Part shown: positions 59,136-64,000 of the stretch, one piece after another
Layout: each line of letters opens with the position of its first letter
Numbering within the stretch: the first letter of the stretch is position 1
NCBI GenBank assembly: GCA_030698495.1
Contig: JAUYKA010000008.1
Span: 14,895 to 78,894 of the forward strand
Reading direction: 5' to 3'
Origin: a bacterium
GTDB taxonomy: Bacteria > Patescibacteriota > Andersenbacteria > UBA10190
DNA: 64,000 nucleotides
Translations under genes and position numbers: made by a program
Notes under the pieces: generated by a model
What the model was told of the DNA's origin: nothing
Database searches by the model: none
What the model saw: the letters and a program-made list of their open reading frames with translations, nothing else

Positions 59136-60179
59136 ATGTATGACAAGAGCTTAAGAGGCGGGTTTGTGTTGGCGGAGTTGTTGATTGTAATAGCGATCTT
59201 TGGAATTCTAACGGCAATTATTGTAGTGGCGGTAATGTCGGCAAACAGGAGCGCTCATTTAGCGCGGGTTAAGGTGCATGCCGCGCAGGTTAATCGATAT
59301 ATCGAAGCTGATTGCGTCAGTAAAATTGATATTACCGACAGCGCGCCACTGGACAGCTGTGCCGGTGCCAGCGTAACTACTTATGGTAATCCGCAAGTGG
59401 TGGAGGGTTTTGACGGCAAGAAGGCGTGGCATTTTACGGGTAATGAGTATGTTGAGGTATCAGACGTGCCAGCTTTAGGTGATTCATGGACAATAGCCAG
59501 CTGGTTTAAGCCCGATGATGTGGCTACGTTGAACGGGGCGGTAATTAGCGCTGTCGGAAACAGCGGTTCTTATTATCATATTTTTGTTGCCGGCAAGACC
59601 GTTTATGCCTACATGATAACTCCATTGTTGGATATTCAACTGACAGGTCTTGATGTGTTATCTGCAGACGATTGGAATCATATCGCTTTTACTTACGATA
59701 ATACGAAGAAGTTGGCGAGCCTGGTGGTCAACGGGGAACTGGTGGATCAAGTGTTAAAGTCCGACACGGCCGCGCTGAAGCAAAGTTCTCTAGCACTAAG
59801 TCGTCAAGAGGGGCGTGTGGCGGGAATTATGGACGAGGCGGGTTTTGATCGGATTGTCATTGGTAATTATGCAAGTTCATATCCGGTAGAGGGTTTGGTT
59901 ATGGGTGTGATAGAATCAAACGTTTCCGTACCGACAGCGGTGATCAGTACCTCACCGACGGCGCAGCCAACGGATTCACCGACACCTACACCGACTATTA
60001 CGCCGACCGATTCACCGGTCTACTCTCCAACTTACACACCGACGGATTCACCAACTTGGTCGCCAACACCATCAGAAACACCAACGATAACCCCGACGTG
60101 GACTCCGACATTGACCCCAACTCCGACTTCGTCATGGACGCCAACTCCAACAATTACTCCCACAACATCCCCGACTTAA
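59136..60179 (+). CDS. Type IV pilin-like protein with LamG domain and Pro/Thr/Ser-rich tail
   Basis: G|[16 protein letters not shown] class III signal; WTIASWFKP and WNHIAFTYD (LamG); PT repeats. Confidence 0.8.
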   Translation: MYDKSLRGGFVLAELLIVIAIFGILTAIIVVAVMSANRSAHLARVKVHAAQVNRYIEADCVSKIDITDSAPLDSCAGASVTTYGNPQVVEGFDGKKAWHFTGNEYVEVSDVPALGDSWTIASWFKPDDVATLNGAVISAVGNSGSYYHIFVAGKTVYAYMITPLLDIQLTGLDVLSADDWNHIAFTYDNTKKLASLVVNGELVDQVLKSDTAALKQSSLALSRQEGRVAGIMDEAGFDRIVIGNYASSYPVEGLVMGVIESNVSVPTAVISTSPTAQPTDSPTPTPTITPTDSPVYSPTYTPTDSPTWSPTPSETPTITPTWTPTLTPTPTSSWTPTPTITPTTSPT

Positions 60180-61296
60180 TTTTTTGGGTTAAACTTTGAT
60201 CTACAAGCGCCATTAATCGCTCGGCGGATGGCTGATAGTCATATTTAATTAAGTTATCAAGGGCTATCTGAACTGTCTGTTGGTAGTAATCACTGTCAGT
60301 GAGTAGTCGGATGGCTTGACCAATAAGGTCAGTAACGTCGGCAGGATCAGGAGAGTAAAGATCGGGATATAAGTCGCGTTGGCCGTCGGAGTTGGCGCCG
60401 ATGCTGGGCGTGCCAACGGCGGCGCAATCGGTTTGCACACGCCCGCGTGTAAACGTGGCGTCAGTATTTATAACTAAGCGAGCGCGCGCGATGGTTTGCA
60501 GATGTTTAGACCATTGCTCAAAGGGAAGAAATTCGTATTTTGATTGGCCGAGGTTAGTTGTGTCGTAGTCGAGTTCGGGGACTTTAGGAATTAAGATTCT
60601 TAAATCAGGATATTTTTTCTGGATGGCGGCCGCGACAAGCTGCCCTTTGGTAATATCGGAGCGCTGGGTAACTCCGGCAATAATAATAGTGTTGTTCTTG
60701 TGGCCGCCGTCTTTAAAAAACTTGGTGGCATAATGGGTCGGGTACGGCTGGGGGAGGTAACTCGCTTTGACACCAGATATTTTAGTGTACCAATCCACCG
60801 TATCACGGACTACGCTAATAAAAATATCACATGATTGAATAAAGTCTACCAAGTCTTTTTTACTGATCGGATTGTTTTCTACGGCCTGGCGCAGAATGCC
60901 GTACGGCTGTGTAGGGACGCCGATTATAAATGGACGGGGTGATGTCTCGCGCAGATGATTGACGGCCTTAATCATTTCACGGGTGTCACTTAGTTGGTGA
61001 ACGGTCATGATCGTGTCGAAGCGGCGCAGATACTCAAGGTTGTAGTCGTCCGGCCAGGATCCGGACAAGCGCTTTATTATTTTGCGAAAAAGGACGGCGG
61101 CGGGAGAAACATGGTTTACTGGACCGACAATTAGACCCAGCAGCGGAACATGTTCTCCCTTGAGAGCGGAAACATAACAGCCGAAGCTGGTGGGATCTAT
61201 TTCTGTTTGGGGATTACACAGGTAGTTGGGCTTGTTCTCTTGGTGGCGCCAGACGCGGCCGGATTTTGATGTGTATTCAAGAACGGCGAATTTCAT
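60154..61296 (-). CDS. Hypothetical GT-B-like protein
   Basis: 380 aa; [18 protein letters not shown] resembles the GT4 donor-binding motif. Confidence 0.55.
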   Translation of the reverse strand: MKFAVLEYTSKSGRVWRHQENKPNYLCNPQTEIDPTSFGCYVSALKGEHVPLLGLIVGPVNHVSPAAVLFRKIIKRLSGSWPDDYNLEYLRRFDTIMTVHQLSDTREMIKAVNHLRETSPRPFIIGVPTQPYGILRQAVENNPISKKDLVDFIQSCDIFISVVRDTVDWYTKISGVKASYLPQPYPTHYATKFFKDGGHKNNTIIIAGVTQRSDITKGQLVAAAIQKKYPDLRILIPKVPELDYDTTNLGQSKYEFLPFEQWSKHLQTIARARLVINTDATFTRGRVQTDCAAVGTPSIGANSDGQRDLYPDLYSPDPADVTDLIGQAIRLLTDSDYYQQTVQIALDNLIKYDYQPSAERLMALVDQSLTQKIKSGMLWE

Positions 61297-61316
61297 AAGT
61301 TATAAAAAAGATTTTA

Positions 61317-62906
61317 TTATATGGTAAGATCCGGTGTTTTAGAACGCGTTAACTTATTTTTGGCAATTGCGACAATGTCGTGAATTTCTTCGATGCGCCA
61401 GAGGTAAGCGGCCGTTAGGTAGAAGGCGGCGCCGGTTATGATAGGTATTATAACCTGGATTAGGTTGCTAAGCGCTGGCTGGTCGGGGAAAATAGATAAG
61501 AGAGGGAAGACAAGCCGGAGAAGGAAAAACATGGCGACGGTTAGTACTATGATTTTGGGGTAGGAAGAATGCCAATAGGCAAGGTGGAGGCGAGGAATGA
61601 AACGAGAGAGGTAAAGGAAATACAGTCCGGCTATAACTAGCGGTACAAGTGAAGAAGCCAGGGCTAATCCGGCCACACCCATTCTGGGGGTGAGTAGGAC
61701 GAAGAGAAAAATCGCAACAGCTTGGGAAGATATAGATACGGCGACAGCCGCGCGAGTTTCCTGCAGAGCCAGAACGGTGTGACCGAGAATAGAGCTTAAA
61801 CCGTTGATAGCTAGGCCTAACCCCAAGAAGAGGAGAGCGATGCTGGTTAGGCGAGTATCAGCCGCGGAAAAAGATCCGTGTTGGTAAAGTAATGATATCA
61901 GCGGCAGGCGCAGTATGATTATGCCGGCGATAACTGGCAGGGTAATAAGGAATATCAGGCGGCTGGCATAGCCGATGGTGTCGCGCATGCCGGTAAAATC
62001 TTGCTGGCTGGACTTGGCGGACAAGAGGGGAAAAATGACAACTGTGATTGAATTTAGAAACATGATTGCCAGAAGTTGAGTGATTTTCTCGGCATATTTT
62101 AGAGAGGAAAGGCTGCCGGCGGAAAGATCAGATACAAGGACGCGATAAACGATACCAGCTCCTTGCGTAACTAGGACGGAAAAAAGAAAGGGATAGGTAA
62201 GACGAAGCATTTTTTTGAAAGCGGGATCAAGCGGGGCAAAGACAAAACGATAATGAAAATTTTTGCGTCCAAGCGTCCAAAAGACCAAAAGTAATTGCAG
62301 GCAGGATCCCGCCAATACGCCAATTGCCAGCGAGTAGATGCCAATTAATGAAGTGAGAGTGGCCACCGCTATTAAAGAAACGGCGGGGGCAATTACGCGC
62401 AGTAGAGCCGGTACAATAAACGACTTAAGCGAATAGAGTATGGATACAGCCAAATCCACCAGATACAGAAACAGGAAAGAGGGCAGCATGATGCGCAATA
62501 GCGCCACGGTCAGGTCGGTGGTGACAGGATCAAACCCGGGTGCGATAAAGGCGACGAATGGCCTGGCAAAAAGAGCCAGGAGAGTAATTAAAATGATAAA
62601 GATACAACCGGTGACATGTAGGATGTTTAAACCGAGTTGCCAAGCTTCCTGGTGTCGGTTTTTGGCGATGCGGTTAACAAACATAGGTAGAAATACGGCG
62701 GTAATAGAACCGCCGAGCAACAACTTACTAAGCATCTCCGATGTTGATTGTGCCATAAAGAAGGCATCGGTTTTAGATGAGGCGCCGAAGAAGTAGGCAA
62801 CCGTTAACTGAAGGAGAAATCCGACCAGCGCGCCGCCCAGGGCGGCCGAGCTGATCAAGCTGGCGGACCCGATTGTTTGTTGTGACTCCTTGGTGTTTTT
62901 ATTCAT
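61317..62906 (-). CDS. murJ: MurJ/MviN family flippase
   Basis: YFFGASSKTDAF, AVFLP, APGF, SSLKYA, LYQHGSF, GLALASS motifs; about 14 TM segments. Confidence 0.85.
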   Translation of the reverse strand: MNKNTKESQQTIGSASLISSAALGGALVGFLLQLTVAYFFGASSKTDAFFMAQSTSEMLSKLLLGGSITAVFLPMFVNRIAKNRHQEAWQLGLNILHVTGCIFIILITLLALFARPFVAFIAPGFDPVTTDLTVALLRIMLPSFLFLYLVDLAVSILYSLKSFIVPALLRVIAPAVSLIAVATLTSLIGIYSLAIGVLAGSCLQLLLVFWTLGRKNFHYRFVFAPLDPAFKKMLRLTYPFLFSVLVTQGAGIVYRVLVSDLSAGSLSSLKYAEKITQLLAIMFLNSITVVIFPLLSAKSSQQDFTGMRDTIGYASRLIFLITLPVIAGIIILRLPLISLLYQHGSFSAADTRLTSIALLFLGLGLAINGLSSILGHTVLALQETRAAVAVSISSQAVAIFLFVLLTPRMGVAGLALASSLVPLVIAGLYFLYLSRFIPRLHLAYWHSSYPKIIVLTVAMFFLLRLVFPLLSIFPDQPALSNLIQVIIPIITGAAFYLTAAYLWRIEEIHDIVAIAKNKLTRSKTPDLTI

Positions 62907-63078
62907 GGTTCCAATAAAAAACTATGGCCAATGTCAGTAATAGGATGCCGGCATAAAAAAGGGACGTGTCCGCATAAGGGGTAAATAACGCTGACTGCAG
63001 CCAGCGCATGGCAGTAACAAGCGTAGATGCTACTAAGAACGACAAGGCGAGAAAAATAGTTACCTGTTCAAGTTTCAT
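62899..63078 (-). CDS. Small 2-TM protein (59 aa, not in the ORF track)
   Basis: MKLEQVTIFLALSFLVAS...LLLTLAIVFYWNHE*; ATGA-coupled to the upstream gene and overlapping the murJ start. Confidence 0.6.
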   Translation of the reverse strand: MKLEQVTIFLALSFLVASTLVTAMRWLQSALFTPYADTSLFYAGILLLTLAIVFYWNHE

Positions 63079-63677
63079 ACAGCTCGCTCGCGTAATAGTA
63101 TACCGCGCAGAAAACGAATAGTTGGTAAAATGGTAGGTTGGGTGGTCTTGATGTGTGCGTTTATGTTACGCAATGTCCATAGTGCCGTCTGATTGTTCTC
63201 ATCCAGTGCTTTAAGGGGGTCGTTATTATCAGTAAAGAACATTAGATCGAGCGATTGGTCAGCCGCGGCCAGTTTGTCGGTTAAATCAATTGTAATAGAA
63301 GCTGTTTGCGGGTCGGTGATGTCGCGGCCGGTTTCGTTTTTATAAAAGGTGACGGGCTGATAACTTAGCCAGAATTGGTTCTGTCTGATGCCGACCGATA
63401 GGCTGGCCGTGCGTCGGGGGATAAAATCGACAGTAAGGTTTAATTGTTTGGCAAAGACCGGTTGATGAATAACAATATCGCTGTGGGCTAAATTTTCCGT
63501 GATTAGCGTTTCGTTGTTTGGCTGCGGGAAGGGGATCCCGTCGATATTGGTCGGCGCGGAAATATAGACATTGCCAGTAAAGATAAGCGACCACACAAAA
63601 ATCGACGCTGCTATCATCAGCGCGAAATAGCAAACAGCTACCAAATATATAATTGCGGCGAAGACCTTAGGCAGCAT
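63075..63677 (-). CDS. Hypothetical membrane-anchored protein
   Basis: 200 aa, N-terminal TM segment, operon-coupled. Confidence 0.65.
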   Translation of the reverse strand: MLPKVFAAIIYLVAVCYFALMIAASIFVWSLIFTGNVYISAPTNIDGIPFPQPNNETLITENLAHSDIVIHQPVFAKQLNLTVDFIPRRTASLSVGIRQNQFWLSYQPVTFYKNETGRDITDPQTASITIDLTDKLAAADQSLDLMFFTDNNDPLKALDENNQTALWTLRNINAHIKTTQPTILPTIRFLRGILLRERAV

Positions 63678-63682
63678 AAAAT

Positions 63683-64000
63683 CTACCGGATTATTTTATT
63701 AAGACGGGGATTAAGCGAGGCGAGACGAGCGCGATCAGCCGGGGTTATTTCTCTTAATAAAATCATTACGGCTAAATATATAACCAGCGCTAACAGGTAG
63801 TGTAGAGGCAGGTTCAGCGGCGTAGTGCGCCATAGATAAGTCGGTAAGACAGCGGTGAAACTGGCAATGGATATATTAATAATACTGTGGATTGGCAGCG
63901 GAATTTTAAAGGAGCGAAAAGTGTATAGGCTTATGACGATTAACCCAATAAGTCCGGTGGTGGTGGTTTGCCAGGCAGCGCCGATGAGACCTAGGCGAGG
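63683..64000 (-). CDS. Partial Wzx-type polysaccharide flippase (C-terminus)
   Basis: Open frame PRLGLIGAAWQT...LNKIIR* typical of flippase C-termini. Confidence 0.65.
   Translation of the reverse strand, partial: PRLGLIGAAWQTTTTGLIGLIVISLYTFRSFKIPLPIHSIINISIASFTAVLPTYLWRTTPLNLPLHYLLALVIYLAVMILLREITPADRARLASLNPRLNKIIR

Noticed and set aside
59950-60176. DNA repeat element in the pilin gene
   Set aside because: Codons are degenerate; the repetition is at the protein level (PT-rich), unlike the nucleotide-level heptamer arrays.

Overview
This 64-kb window is a dense, genetic-code-11 surface-glycosylation superlocus. It most resembles a Patescibacteria/CPR genome, inferred from the gene repertoire, the repeat types, compact overlapping genes and a strong G/T strand bias. 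It carries about 20 soluble glycosyltransferases (GT2, GT4, GT9 and GT-B-like), about 6 YfhO/GT-C-like membrane proteins (one broken), about 9 SAM-methyltransferase domains, GDP-fucose synthase, two NDP-sugar epimerases, an ABC exporter, MurJ, a partial Wzx flippase and a LamG/PT-rich type IV pilin-like protein. An AT-richer nonulosonic-acid block holds a NeuB-cytidylyltransferase fusion, a KDN-9-P-synthase-like NeuB, a HAD phosphatase, DUF4910 and two Pol-beta-type nucleotidyltransferases. The most unusual signal is a set of small repeats overlaid on the genes. Heptamer tandem arrays sit in frame inside CDSs, and two elements have inverted heptamer arms. A 31/33-nt hairpin module is nested inside a larger GATTGC...CGCAATGAC palindrome and inside itself, and is also inserted in frame in a gene. 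A TrpR/YerC-like gene is bracketed by copies of a long palindrome. Many genes appear leaderless. No rRNA, tRNA, CRISPR array or transposase was seen. All product calls come from motif recognition by eye, not from database searches.
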